Origin: an uncultured Bacilli bacterium | GTDB lineage: Bacteria; Bacillota_I; Bacilli_A; RFN20; CAG-826 | Reading direction: 5' to 3' | DNA: 52,257 bases | Assembly: GCA_944351395.1 (NCBI GenBank) | Contig: CALVPP010000003.1 | Location: forward strand, 1-52,257 | In this document: positions 37,831 to 48,087 of the stretch, one piece after another | How positions within the stretch are numbered: the stretch's first letter is position 1 | How the letters are laid out: every line of letters starts with the position of its first letter | Position numbers and translations under genes: made by a program | The notes under the pieces: generated by a model | Told to the model about the DNA's origin: nothing | Seen by the model: the letters and a program-made list of their open reading frames with translations, nothing else | Database searches by the model: none

Positions 37831-37991
37831 GTAATAAGCCTCCAAAAAATTGAAGTTTTAACAATTTTTACTTTATATGCTTTTTTATAAAGTTGCAAAC
37901 ATTCTTTTCATAAAAATTATGCTTTGCATACCAATTTCACTCTTTTTTGTTTTATAATACTAGCGTTGATTAATTTAATAAGGAGAAAATA

Positions 37992-39191
37992 ATGTCAAAA
38001 GTCATGGCAGTTAACGCTGGTTCATCCAGTCTTAAGTACAAACTTTACGAGATGCCAGAAGAGACAGTTATCTGTTCTGGTATCGTCGAACGCATCGGTT
38101 TTGAAGATGCAATTTTTACATTGAAGAAAGGTGATACGAAAAAAAGTTACGTTACACCGATTAAAGACCACCAGGTCGCTATTAATCTTCTTCTAGAAGA
38201 GATGATAAAAATGCACGTTGTCAATCATATCGATGAAATAGTTGCTGTCGGCCATAGGGTCGTTCAAGGCGGTAAATATTTTTCGAAGACAACTGAAATT
38301 GACGATGAAGTCATTTCTATCGTCGAAAAACTTATCCCATTAGGTCCTTTACACAATCCAGCGAGTATCATTGGTATCAAAGCATTTAAAGAAGTTTTGC
38401 CTAATGTCAAAATGGCTATCACTTGTGACACTTCTTTCCATCAAACGATAGAACCCGTTGATTATCTATATCCAATCCCATACGAATTTTATGAAAAATA
38501 TGATCTTAGACGTTATGGTGCTCATGGCACATCCCACCGCTATTTGGCAGAACGTGCTAGTGCTATGCTTTCAAAAGAAAAATTAAACTTAATTACTTGC
38601 CATTTAGGTAGCGGCTCATCTATTACCGCTATTAAAGATGGGCGTTCAATCGCTACATCGATGGGTCTAACTCCTCTCGGCGGCATCATGATGGGTACTC
38701 GTTCTGGTGATATCGATCCTTCCGTCTATTATTACATTCAAAAAGTAACTGGAAAAACTAATGATGAAGTCTTTAGACTTCTCAACAAAGAAAGTGGTCT
38801 AAAAGGAGTAAGTGGCGTCTCAAGCGATTCACGCGATATTTTAAAGGCGATGGATGAGGGTGACGAAAGAGCAAAACTCACCATGGATCTATTCGCACGA
38901 CGCACATTAGATTTCATCGGACAATATTTTGTAAGATTAGGTCATGTCGATATGATCATCTTCAGTGCTGGCATCGGTGAAAATGATCCTTACATTCGCA
39001 AAGTCGTTTGCGATGCCTTAAAACCTTCACTTGGCATCGAAATTGATGATGAACTAAATACAAATGCAAGAGGTAAAGAAATAATCATTTCTAAGCCGTC
39101 TTCAAAAATTAAAGTGGCAGTCATACCGACAGATGAAGAAATTATGATTGCAAGAGATACTTACAAAATTTACCTTGGAGAAAAATTATGA
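37992..39191 (+). CDS. ackA: Acetate kinase
   Basis: NAGSSSLK, GHRVVQGG, PLHNP, RRYGAHGTSH, HLGSGSS, MGTRSGD, AGIGEN, PTDEE; RBS AGGAG. Confidence 0.98.
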   Translation: MSKVMAVNAGSSSLKYKLYEMPEETVICSGIVERIGFEDAIFTLKKGDTKKSYVTPIKDHQVAINLLLEEMIKMHVVNHIDEIVAVGHRVVQGGKYFSKTTEIDDEVISIVEKLIPLGPLHNPASIIGIKAFKEVLPNVKMAITCDTSFHQTIEPVDYLYPIPYEFYEKYDLRRYGAHGTSHRYLAERASAMLSKEKLNLITCHLGSGSSITAIKDGRSIATSMGLTPLGGIMMGTRSGDIDPSVYYYIQKVTGKTNDEVFRLLNKESGLKGVSGVSSDSRDILKAMDEGDERAKLTMDLFARRTLDFIGQYFVRLGHVDMIIFSAGIGENDPYIRKVVCDALKPSLGIEIDDELNTNARGKEIIISKPSSKIKVAVIPTDEEIMIARDTYKIYLGEKL

Positions 39192-40198
39192 AAAACACTT
39201 TACCACTAGAAATTAAAAATTACGGTGCACAATATCGCACTATTTATAAGAAAATTTTGAACAAAATAAAAAAACATGATGACATCGTCATCTTTCGCCA
39301 TATCATGCCTGATTTTGACGCACTAGGCTCTCAATTTGGTTTGTACACTTGGCTAAAAGATAACTTCCCAAATAAATCCATCCACGTCGTCGGCGATAAT
39401 CATGTCACTTTTACCCCACGAATTTATCCAGAAACGGATAAAATTGATGAATCATATTTTAAGGATCGAAAACCACTCGCCATTATTTTAGATGTTTCTA
39501 ATGCATCGCGTATCGCTGATCCACGTTTTAAAAAATGCCGTACAAAAATTAAGATAGACCACCATCCAGATATTGAAAATATGGCAAAAATTTCTATAGT
39601 AGATACGAGTGCAGCGAGCACTGCAGAAATTATCGTCGATTTCATTTTGAATGTTTCTATTAAAGAAAATTATATTTTATCAAAAGAAGCTGCTTCTTAT
39701 TTTTATAGCGCTATAGTCGGTGACTCGGGGCGTTTCCAATATTCTTCCACTAGTAAGCATACTTTTGCCATCGCGATGGAATTGCTCAATACCGGCATCA
39801 ATATTAGCGACATATATAACGCTATGTATCTTAAAAAAATTGATGATTTGAAAGTTACAGCCTATATTTTGAATCACTTTTCAGTTTCAAAACATGGCGT
39901 AGCGTATTATGTTTTACCTCTAGATGTGCAAAAAGAATTGAACATCACTACTGAACGGGGTAAAGAAAACGTCAATATCTTTTCCAACATCGAAGGTATT
40001 AATGCTTGGTGTTCTATAACAGAAGATAACAAAGAACCATGTTTTAGAATTTCTATTCGCTCAAAGAAACAAGCGATTAATGGCGTCGCCACTAAATGGG
40101 GAGGCGGGGGCCATGCTCAAGCATCAGGAGCAAAAATAAATTCTCTCGATGAATTAGATGCATTTATTAAAGATTTAGATGATTTATTCGTTGAATAG
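39188..40198 (+). CDS. nrnA: DHH/DHHA1 phosphoesterase (NrnA nanoRNase/pAp phosphatase)
   Basis: RHIMPDFDALGS, IDHHP, GDSGRF, SIRS, GGGGHAQASG; typical position upstream of dnaE. Confidence 0.9.
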   Translation: MKNTLPLEIKNYGAQYRTIYKKILNKIKKHDDIVIFRHIMPDFDALGSQFGLYTWLKDNFPNKSIHVVGDNHVTFTPRIYPETDKIDESYFKDRKPLAIILDVSNASRIADPRFKKCRTKIKIDHHPDIENMAKISIVDTSAASTAEIIVDFILNVSIKENYILSKEAASYFYSAIVGDSGRFQYSSTSKHTFAIAMELLNTGINISDIYNAMYLKKIDDLKVTAYILNHFSVSKHGVAYYVLPLDVQKELNITTERGKENVNIFSNIEGINAWCSITEDNKEPCFRISIRSKKQAINGVATKWGGGGHAQASGAKINSLDELDAFIKDLDDLFVE

Positions 40199-40206
40199 AG
40201 GTTAAT

Positions 40207-43200
40207 ATGACTTTCATCCCTCTTCACCTTCGTTCCACTTATAGTTTTCTAAGAAGTGGTTTTTCGATGAAAAAAATTGTGAAGATGATGATGAAAAATA
40301 ATCTTAAATCATTAGGACTATGTGATATATCAGTCATGCACGGAATTCCCGTTTTTTATAATACTTTAAAGGATTATGGTTTCAATCCAATACTTGGGAT
40401 GGAAATAGATGTCGATAATCTAAATTTTTCTTTTTTTATAAGCGAAGAGGACGGTTATCAAAATCTCTTAAAAATTCATGAACTGTACAAACTAAAGAAA
40501 TTAAAATTAAGTGACTTAACTAGTCTAAGCACCGGTTTATTTGTAATTTTAGAAGGAAACGAGACTTTTTTAGAAAACATCAAAAACACTAATTTTTTAA
40601 AAACATTAGCAATAATTTCTACTAAAGCGAAAGGTTTCTTCATCGGAATAGCGATTTATGATGAACGAGATGAACTCATCGCTTCAGAAGTAAGAAAATT
40701 TAAAGATGCTCATAATTACAAAACAATCGCTTTTCCATTGATACTTTACGAGACGAGTGAGGACGCTATAACGTTAGAAATATTAAACGCCATTAGGAAT
40801 GATGAAAAGCTTACTATCAAGGAAAAAAGAGGGCCATATCATCTTCCAAACGAAGAAAATCTTAAGCGATATACTGAAGAAGAGATAAATTCCACTGCCG
40901 ATATTGCGAACTCCATCAATTTTGAACTAAATGTCAAAAGAGGTGAATTATTTCACACGAGTAAGTTCGATTCTTCAAAAAGTGCTGATGAAAAACTTAA
41001 ATTGCTTTGTTTAGATGGACTAAAAAATAAGCATTTATCTAAAGATAAAAACGAATACATTGAGCGTCTAAATTATGAATTAAGCGTTATAAATCAAATG
41101 GGCTATAGCGACTATTTCTTATTAGTGAGTGATTACGTCAATTTCGCAAAGAAAAACAATATTATCGTCGGTTCTGGTCGTGGAAGCGCAGTCGGAAGTC
41201 TCGTTAGTTATCTTACAAACATCACTGATGTCGATCCTTTAAAGTATGACCTCCTTTTTGAAAGATTTTTGAATCCGGAAAGAAAGAGCATGCCTGATAT
41301 TGATATCGATTTTGCTGATGTCCATCGCGAGGAAGTTATTAATTACGTAAAAAATCGTTGTGGCGAGGATCATGTCGCTCATATAGCGACTTTTCAAACT
41401 ATCGGGGCAAAGCAAGCATTGCGTGACATAGGACGAGTTTACGATATTGACACTCGCATCATTGACACTCTTTCAAAACTCATCATCGATCCGAGATGGA
41501 ATTTAGGTGATGCATATCGAAAAAACGAGAAATTTAAACATTACGTCGATAACGACCCTATCTATTTTGATGTCGTGCGGCTTGCTAATAAAATTGAAGG
41601 ATTAGTGCGTCAATCATCGCTTCATGCATCTGGTATCATCATTAATGATGATCCATTAGATAAAATATTACCTATCATGCATGATGAGCACGTAGGTTAT
41701 GTGAGCGAATACGAAATGGGAGCGTTAGAAAGACAAGGTTTCTTAAAAATGGATTTTTTAGGCATTACTAACCTCACGACCATAAATGATATTCTATCTT
41801 TACTAAAAGAAAGAGAGGACGTTTTACTTACTTTTGATGAAATACCGTATGACGATATAGCAAGTATCGAACTAATAAAAAATAACTTGACCATGGGTAT
41901 TTTCCAATTAGAACAAAGTAGTATGAAACAAGCTATACAAAAGATAAAGCCATCCACATTTACTGATGTCGTCGATGTCCTTGCTTTAGGAAGACCTGGC
42001 CCTAAAAATGAAATAGAAAAATATGTAAGAAGGAAAAAAGGCATAGAAAAAATTACTTATTTAGATGAGTGTTTAGAACCGGTTCTTCGTTCCACTTATG
42101 GAATACTCATTTACCAAGAACAAATTATTCAAATAGTTCGAATATATGCAGGACTTAGCTTAGGCCAAGCGGATTCTTTTAGAAGAGCAATTTCAAAGAA
42201 AAAACCAGCTGAACTCATCGCTTTAGAAAAAATGTTTTTAGATGGTGCAAAGAGAAACGGAAGAGACGAAAACCAAGCAAAAACTATATTCAATCTCATC
42301 AAAGATTTTGCTGGTTATGGTTTCAATAAATCACACTCGGTAGCTTACGCGATGATTGCAACGAAAATGGCTTATCTAAAAAAACATTATCCGTTATATT
42401 TTTATAGTGCGATTTTAGATAGTAAAGGGGCAGAGGCTGAATCTAAATTCCTCAATTATTTACAAGAATTAAAAGAAATACATATCCCTTTAAAAAATCC
42501 AAATGTCAATTTATCAACTTCGCATTTTCTAGCTGCTGATGATGGACTTTTATTCCCGCTAAGCGCGATTAAAGGAATCAATACCAAAGTTAGCACCTCA
42601 ATCATTCAGGAAAGAGAAGCGAATGGCAAATATTTAGACGTATACGATTTTTTCAAAAGAATACATTCTTATAAACTCGATAAGAAGGAATATCTTTCCC
42701 TCATCGATGGCGGGGCTTTAGATTGTTTCAATATCAATCGTGAAACTTTAAGAGATAATAATAATTTAGACGATCTTATTCGCTACGGCGATGTCGCCAG
42801 TGCCGAAGAAGGAGGTTTTTTACCTTTAGAACCACCGCTACTAGAAAATATTGCGCCTGATGATAGCGAGACTTTATCTCGTGAATTAGATGTTTTGGGT
42901 GCGGTGATAAGTGGTAAATTCCTCACTTCCTTAAAGCGAGATGAAAGTTATCGACATCTCATAAGTTTAGAAGAACTTAAAAATGATGGTAAAGAACATG
43001 AAGTCATAGCGTTAATTTCAGCTAAAAAAATCATAAAGACAAAACGTGATGAAACTATGGCTTTTGTCACTCTCATCGATGACACTATGAAGATGGATGG
43101 AGTACTTTTCCCTGAAACTTTTAATAAATATCAATTACTTCTCAAAAAAGATATGCTCGTCATCATCAAGGGAAAACTAGACCATAAAGGCAGCCTTATA

Positions 43201-43227
43201 ATTTTAGAAATGAAAGCAGGAAAATGA
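40207..43227 (+). CDS. dnaE: DNA polymerase III alpha subunit (DnaE)
   Basis: PHP domain, GRGSAVGS, LLFERFLNPER, MPDIDIDF, HASG, KMDFLG, YQEQ, YGFNKSH, C-terminal OB fold. Confidence 0.97.
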   Translation: MTFIPLHLRSTYSFLRSGFSMKKIVKMMMKNNLKSLGLCDISVMHGIPVFYNTLKDYGFNPILGMEIDVDNLNFSFFISEEDGYQNLLKIHELYKLKKLKLSDLTSLSTGLFVILEGNETFLENIKNTNFLKTLAIISTKAKGFFIGIAIYDERDELIASEVRKFKDAHNYKTIAFPLILYETSEDAITLEILNAIRNDEKLTIKEKRGPYHLPNEENLKRYTEEEINSTADIANSINFELNVKRGELFHTSKFDSSKSADEKLKLLCLDGLKNKHLSKDKNEYIERLNYELSVINQMGYSDYFLLVSDYVNFAKKNNIIVGSGRGSAVGSLVSYLTNITDVDPLKYDLLFERFLNPERKSMPDIDIDFADVHREEVINYVKNRCGEDHVAHIATFQTIGAKQALRDIGRVYDIDTRIIDTLSKLIIDPRWNLGDAYRKNEKFKHYVDNDPIYFDVVRLANKIEGLVRQSSLHASGIIINDDPLDKILPIMHDEHVGYVSEYEMGALERQGFLKMDFLGITNLTTINDILSLLKEREDVLLTFDEIPYDDIASIELIKNNLTMGIFQLEQSSMKQAIQKIKPSTFTDVVDVLALGRPGPKNEIEKYVRRKKGIEKITYLDECLEPVLRSTYGILIYQEQIIQIVRIYAGLSLGQADSFRRAISKKKPAELIALEKMFLDGAKRNGRDENQAKTIFNLIKDFAGYGFNKSHSVAYAMIATKMAYLKKHYPLYFYSAILDSKGAEAESKFLNYLQELKEIHIPLKNPNVNLSTSHFLAADDGLLFPLSAIKGINTKVSTSIIQEREANGKYLDVYDFFKRIHSYKLDKKEYLSLIDGGALDCFNINRETLRDNNNLDDLIRYGDVASAEEGGFLPLEPPLLENIAPDDSETLSRELDVLGAVISGKFLTSLKRDESYRHLISLEELKNDGKEHEVIALISAKKIIKTKRDETMAFVTLIDDTMKMDGVLFPETFNKYQLLLKKDMLVIIKGKLDHKGSLIILEMKAGK

Positions 43228-43228
43228 G

Positions 43229-45823
43229 ATGGAAAAAGTAATTATTATCGATGGAAACTCGCTCCTCTTTAGAGCGTATTATGCAACCGCCTATCCTGGC
43301 GCTAATATCATGCGGACGAAAGACGGCACACCGACAAACGCCATTTTTGCTTTTTCAAACATGATTTTAAAAATTATCGATAAACTCAAAGACGGGGATA
43401 AGATTTTTGTCGCTTTCGATACTGGCAAAAAGACATTTCGCCATGAACAATTGGAGACATACAAAGCTAATAGAAAGCCTGCTCCACAAGAACTAGTCGA
43501 ACAATTTCCCCTTGCACGTGAACTCCTAAAATCTTTAGGCATTTACACATTCGAAGAAGAAGGATATGAAGGTGATGATCTAGCTGGTAGCGTCGCTACT
43601 ATGGCTAGCAAAAAAGGATATGACGTCACCATTTATACGAGCGATCGCGATTTCCTTCAACTAATCGATGATAATATACATGTCGACCTTCTCATCAAAG
43701 GCATGTCAGACATTCGAACCATGCACGCAAAAGAAGTCTTAGATACTTATGGGTTTGCTCCTTCTCATATTACCGATTTTAAAGGATTACGCGGAGATAG
43801 CAGCGATAATTTACCAGGAATTCCTTCAATTGGAGAAAAAACAGCCTCTAAACTCATCGAAACTTATGGCACGCTAGACAACATTATCGAAGCGGCTAAA
43901 CAAGGCAATATTAAAGGTAAAATTGGTGAGATGATTATCGCTCATCAAGAACAAGGTAGATTGTGTAAAGAACTAGCCATCATTCAGACTGATATACCTT
44001 TACCTTTTTCTTTAGAAGATTTAACTTACAATGGTTATTTATTCGAAAGAGCGAGTGATTTTGCTAACAAATTAGAATTTAAAACATTACTAGCGAAACT
44101 TCCTAAGAAATGGGCTCATCATCAACAAGAAAATTTAGATTATGAGAAAATTAGCAACACTTCTCACTTATCATTAAGCGATAATGTTTCTTTCGTCCTC
44201 GCTATGAATTATCAAAATTACCATCTCGATGATGTTTATGGACTCGCTTTTACGTTCGATAATCATAATTACTACATCGATATCGATGATTTAAAAAAAG
44301 ACGAAAAACTAAAAACATTTCTAAAAGATGGAACAAAGAAAAAATCATTCTATGATTACAAGGCTACAAAATGTGCTTTAAATCGTTTTGGTATCACCGT
44401 TAACGGAAACAATTTTGATCTTTTACTCGCTACTTACTTATTAGATTCCTCCTCAAGACTTGACATCGATAGCGTCTTTGCAACAAGAGGTATTTCGTTA
44501 GAATGCGAAGAGGAAGAGATGAGCATCTTTCAATCTATTAATCCACAGCGTTACATCAAAGCAAGTTTCCATCTCCACCGTCTCATCCCATCTATTTTAG
44601 TAGAGCTTAACAAAATGCATTTACGCTCATTATTTCTAGACGTGGAACTACCATTATCTGACATCCTAGCGAGAATGGAAATTGAAGGAATTGAAATACA
44701 CGCTAAAACGTTAGATGAGTTAGAATCCACATTTAGAAAAAAATTAGAGGATGATGAAAATCGAATCTATGAGATTGCCCATAAAAAATTTAACATCTCC
44801 AGCCCTAAGCAAGTAAAAGAGGTTCTATATGATGAACTACACATCGGCGATCCTAAGAATAGCTCCACTTCTAGCGATGTATTGAATCAATACGCCGAGG
44901 AACATGAAATAGTTCGACTCATTCTTGATTATCGAAAATACTATAAATTGATTAGCAGCTATACTGATGGCTTAAAAAATCATATTTTTCCCGATGGCAA
45001 AATTCACGCTATATTCAATCAAGCCGTGACCACTACTGGTAGACTTTCCAGTTCTGAACCAAATTTACAAAATATTTCAGTGCGTGATGAAGAAGGAAAA
45101 ATGATTAGAAAAGCATTCTATTATTCTGACCCTAATACTTACTTGTTATCCTTAGATTATTCACAAATCGAATTACGAATACTCGCGCATTTTGCTAATT
45201 GTCCTAGTCTCATCGAAATCTTTAGAAACGATGAAGATATTCATGAAGCGACAGCTAAAAAAATATTCCATATAGAAACGATTACTTCTCTTGAACGTCG
45301 AAAAGCAAAAGCTGTTAATTTTGGAATTGTCTATGGTATAAGTGAATGGGGTTTATGCGAACAATTAGGTATATCAAGAAAAGAGGCTAATGAAATTATT
45401 TCTTCTTTCTATCTCGCGTTCCCGGAAATAAAAACATATCTTAATAAAATCGTAGAAGATGCAAACCAATTAGGATATGTCGAGACGATATTAGGAAGAA
45501 GGCGTTACATTAGAGAAATTCATGACACTAATTACCAACGAAGAGAATTCGCTAAGCGTGCTGCGATGAACGCACCAATACAAGGAAGCGCTGCTGATCT
45601 CATAAAGATGGCGATGATCGAAGTCGACAAATTATTAAAAGAGGGAAACTATAAAACTAAACTCATTTTGCAAATTCATGACGAACTCCTTTTTAAAATT
45701 CCAAAAGATGAACTCGATTCTCTTCCACATCGAATTCAAGAAAAGATGGAACATGCATTGAAATTAAAAGTACCATTAAAAACGAGCCTTGCGATTGCAA
45801 AAAGTTGGGATGAGGTGAAATAA
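43229..45823 (+). CDS. polA: DNA polymerase I
   Basis: 5'-3' exonuclease (IDGNSLLFRAY, GDSSDNLPG), TGRLSS.EPNLQN, DYSQIELR, KAVNFGIVYG, QIHDEL. Confidence 0.98.
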   Translation: MEKVIIIDGNSLLFRAYYATAYPGANIMRTKDGTPTNAIFAFSNMILKIIDKLKDGDKIFVAFDTGKKTFRHEQLETYKANRKPAPQELVEQFPLARELLKSLGIYTFEEEGYEGDDLAGSVATMASKKGYDVTIYTSDRDFLQLIDDNIHVDLLIKGMSDIRTMHAKEVLDTYGFAPSHITDFKGLRGDSSDNLPGIPSIGEKTASKLIETYGTLDNIIEAAKQGNIKGKIGEMIIAHQEQGRLCKELAIIQTDIPLPFSLEDLTYNGYLFERASDFANKLEFKTLLAKLPKKWAHHQQENLDYEKISNTSHLSLSDNVSFVLAMNYQNYHLDDVYGLAFTFDNHNYYIDIDDLKKDEKLKTFLKDGTKKKSFYDYKATKCALNRFGITVNGNNFDLLLATYLLDSSSRLDIDSVFATRGISLECEEEEMSIFQSINPQRYIKASFHLHRLIPSILVELNKMHLRSLFLDVELPLSDILARMEIEGIEIHAKTLDELESTFRKKLEDDENRIYEIAHKKFNISSPKQVKEVLYDELHIGDPKNSSTSSDVLNQYAEEHEIVRLILDYRKYYKLISSYTDGLKNHIFPDGKIHAIFNQAVTTTGRLSSSEPNLQNISVRDEEGKMIRKAFYYSDPNTYLLSLDYSQIELRILAHFANCPSLIEIFRNDEDIHEATAKKIFHIETITSLERRKAKAVNFGIVYGISEWGLCEQLGISRKEANEIISSFYLAFPEIKTYLNKIVEDANQLGYVETILGRRRYIREIHDTNYQRREFAKRAAMNAPIQGSAADLIKMAMIEVDKLLKEGNYKTKLILQIHDELLFKIPKDELDSLPHRIQEKMEHALKLKVPLKTSLAIAKSWDEVK

Positions 45824-45824
45824 A

Positions 45825-47207
45825 ATGCCAGAATTGCCAGAAGTTGAAACAATTAAAAACGCTCTTTTGCCGCTCATCAAAGGCAAGAGAATTTCTTCCA
45901 TCGATATTTTGAAACCAAAACTTATCAAAAGCGATATCGATGTTTTTAAAACTAAACTCATCGGTAAAACTTTTCATGATTTAACAAGACATGGTAAATA
46001 TTTATTTTTTCATCTAGATGAAAATTTAGTCATTATCGTCCATCTTCGCATGGAAGGAAAATTCCAATATATGCATCGTGGTGATGACATATTAAGCCAC
46101 GCTCGCATCATTTTTCATTTCGCTGATGGTGAGGCGTTAGTTTACCGTGATTCTCGAATGTTCGGACTTTTCTATTTGAGTGATGAAGATCATTATCAAT
46201 CGTTGGATTTTGTGAGAAAAGTTGCTAAAGAACCTTTTGATATGAATGAAAATGAATTGTTCCAAAATATTAATAAACATCAACATCTCGCCATAAAAAC
46301 TGTTTTATTAGACCAAAGTGTCCTCGCAGGATTAGGCAATATTTATGTCGATGAAACATTATTCCGCGCTCACATCAATCCGATGACAAAAGCTAAGTAC
46401 ATAACGCTTGAAGACACTATTCGAATTTTAAAAGAGGCAAGAATCGTCTTAAATGCAGCTATTAAAAAAGGCGGATCGACAATAAAAACTTATCATTCCA
46501 TCGATAATGTTGATGGTCATTTTCAAAATGATTTGCTCGTCTATGGTAAAGCTAAAGAACCGTGCCCAACATGTCATAAACCTTTGAAATTTACTAAAGT
46601 AAATGGTAGAGGAACGACGTATTGCTCCTCATGTCAATATAAACGTGGTCCAAAAACGATTGCCATCACAGGTCTATATGGTTCTGGCAAGTCTAGCGTT
46701 CGCGAAATATTTAGGAAAAGAGGATATCTCACCTATGATTGCGACGCAATTGCAAAAGACTTATACGAATTAAAATCGGTTAAAGATAAAGTATTAAGTT
46801 TGTTTCAAATGAATGAAATAGATTTTAACTATATGAGATTAGCAATAAGAAATGATGCTAATTTAGATAAAAAATTGAAAAAGATTCTTTATCCAGAATT
46901 AAAAAAATATGTAAAATCCATCATATTAAAACAGACTAATAGACATCTCGTCTTCGAAGTCGCATTGCTCTTTGACGCTAAGATGGAAGATATGTTCGAC
47001 TTTGTCATCGGCGTTAAAACATCTGACTCCATAAGGGAAAAAAGACTAATAAAACGTGATGCTAATAAATATTACGAGCAAAATTACGATCGTGATAATC
47101 ATTTTTTCGAACACGAAAAAGAATGCGATATCATCATTATTAACGATGGAGATATTTCAAATTTAGAAAAGAAATTAGAGCCAATATTTGATAAATTAAA
47201 TATCTAA
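45825..47207 (+). CDS. mutM: Fpg/MutM DNA glycosylase fused to dephospho-CoA kinase CoaE
   Basis: PELPEVET, HLRMEG, GLGNIYVDE, zinc finger CPTC...CSSC, then in frame IAITGLYGSGKS, DCD, EVALLF. Confidence 0.93.
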   Translation: MPELPEVETIKNALLPLIKGKRISSIDILKPKLIKSDIDVFKTKLIGKTFHDLTRHGKYLFFHLDENLVIIVHLRMEGKFQYMHRGDDILSHARIIFHFADGEALVYRDSRMFGLFYLSDEDHYQSLDFVRKVAKEPFDMNENELFQNINKHQHLAIKTVLLDQSVLAGLGNIYVDETLFRAHINPMTKAKYITLEDTIRILKEARIVLNAAIKKGGSTIKTYHSIDNVDGHFQNDLLVYGKAKEPCPTCHKPLKFTKVNGRGTTYCSSCQYKRGPKTIAITGLYGSGKSSVREIFRKRGYLTYDCDAIAKDLYELKSVKDKVLSLFQMNEIDFNYMRLAIRNDANLDKKLKKILYPELKKYVKSIILKQTNRHLVFEVALLFDAKMEDMFDFVIGVKTSDSIREKRLIKRDANKYYEQNYDRDNHFFEHEKECDIIIINDGDISNLEKKLEPIFDKLNI

Positions 47208-48083
47208 CGGGCCAAAATCTATTTTAATACTATTTTTAAACATATCTTGAATTTGTTTAACGCGCGGCTTAGAAGCATAACTCAAACTATACATCTCGGC
47301 TACTTCTTTTGCGGAGAATGCACTAATAAAAATGGTGACACCGCGATTTTTTCTTTCACGTAACAAAGGGATAAAAACATTATCACGTGAACTCTCATTT
47401 TTATATTCATCGCCAAAATCTAAAAAGACAAGTATAGGAATTTGACACAAATTATCAAATTCTACATCGAAGCGATTTTTGTCTTTAAAAAATAAATCTG
47501 AAAGTCTCTTGATAAGATTACTCGTAGATACAGACGCTACTTCTATATCACTATCTAAAACTATTTGATTGACAATGCCTGCAACTGATTGAATTTTTCT
47601 ATTGTTTGAAGCCCCCAAAACATATATCCAAGTTCCACTATCATCTTTTATTCCATTCGCGATGTTACTTGCTAATTCACCGATATAATCTAAGGAATAA
47701 ACATCGATATCGTTTATATTTACATATTTAAAGCGGGTCGGAAAATCATTATATAGATAATGATTATCGATTTTATTCTGCTCTTTTTTTAATTCGCATT
47801 CTGCGATTTGTCGTTCGATGATTTTGCCTAAATTGACGAGTTTAATTTTAGTTCCTTTTGGTCGTTTAGGACACGTTTCTAGACCCTTACAATTTTTACA
47901 CGTATGAAAATCATCAGCAAAAGCTGAAATGGTCGCTAAATTGTTTTCGATCGTAGTCTCATCGATGTTCAATTTATTAAGTTCATCGACTAAAGCGACA
48001 TCATCTAAAATCTTTCTAAGAAGTTTTTTCTGCTCGTCTTTCATAGATGTGTATGATAATTTATTCAAAACGTCGTAGTCCAT
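47196..48083 (-). CDS. dnaI: Helicase loader DnaI-like protein with degenerate ATPase motifs
   Basis: CKNCKGLETC...C zinc region, AAA+-like order of segments, LDFGDE, RDNVFIPLLRER; directly downstream of dnaB. Confidence 0.75.
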   Translation of the reverse strand: MDYDVLNKLSYTSMKDEQKKLLRKILDDVALVDELNKLNIDETTIENNLATISAFADDFHTCKNCKGLETCPKRPKGTKIKLVNLGKIIERQIAECELKKEQNKIDNHYLYNDFPTRFKYVNINDIDVYSLDYIGELASNIANGIKDDSGTWIYVLGASNNRKIQSVAGIVNQIVLDSDIEVASVSTSNLIKRLSDLFFKDKNRFDVEFDNLCQIPILVFLDFGDEYKNESSRDNVFIPLLRERKNRGVTIFISAFSAKEVAEMYSLSYASKPRVKQIQDMFKNSIKIDFGPLDI

Positions 48084-48087
48084 AAGC

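Noticed and set aside
44150-44600. Missing 3'-5' exonuclease motifs in PolA (and degenerate PHP in DnaE)
   Set aside because: Normal for Firmicutes enzymes
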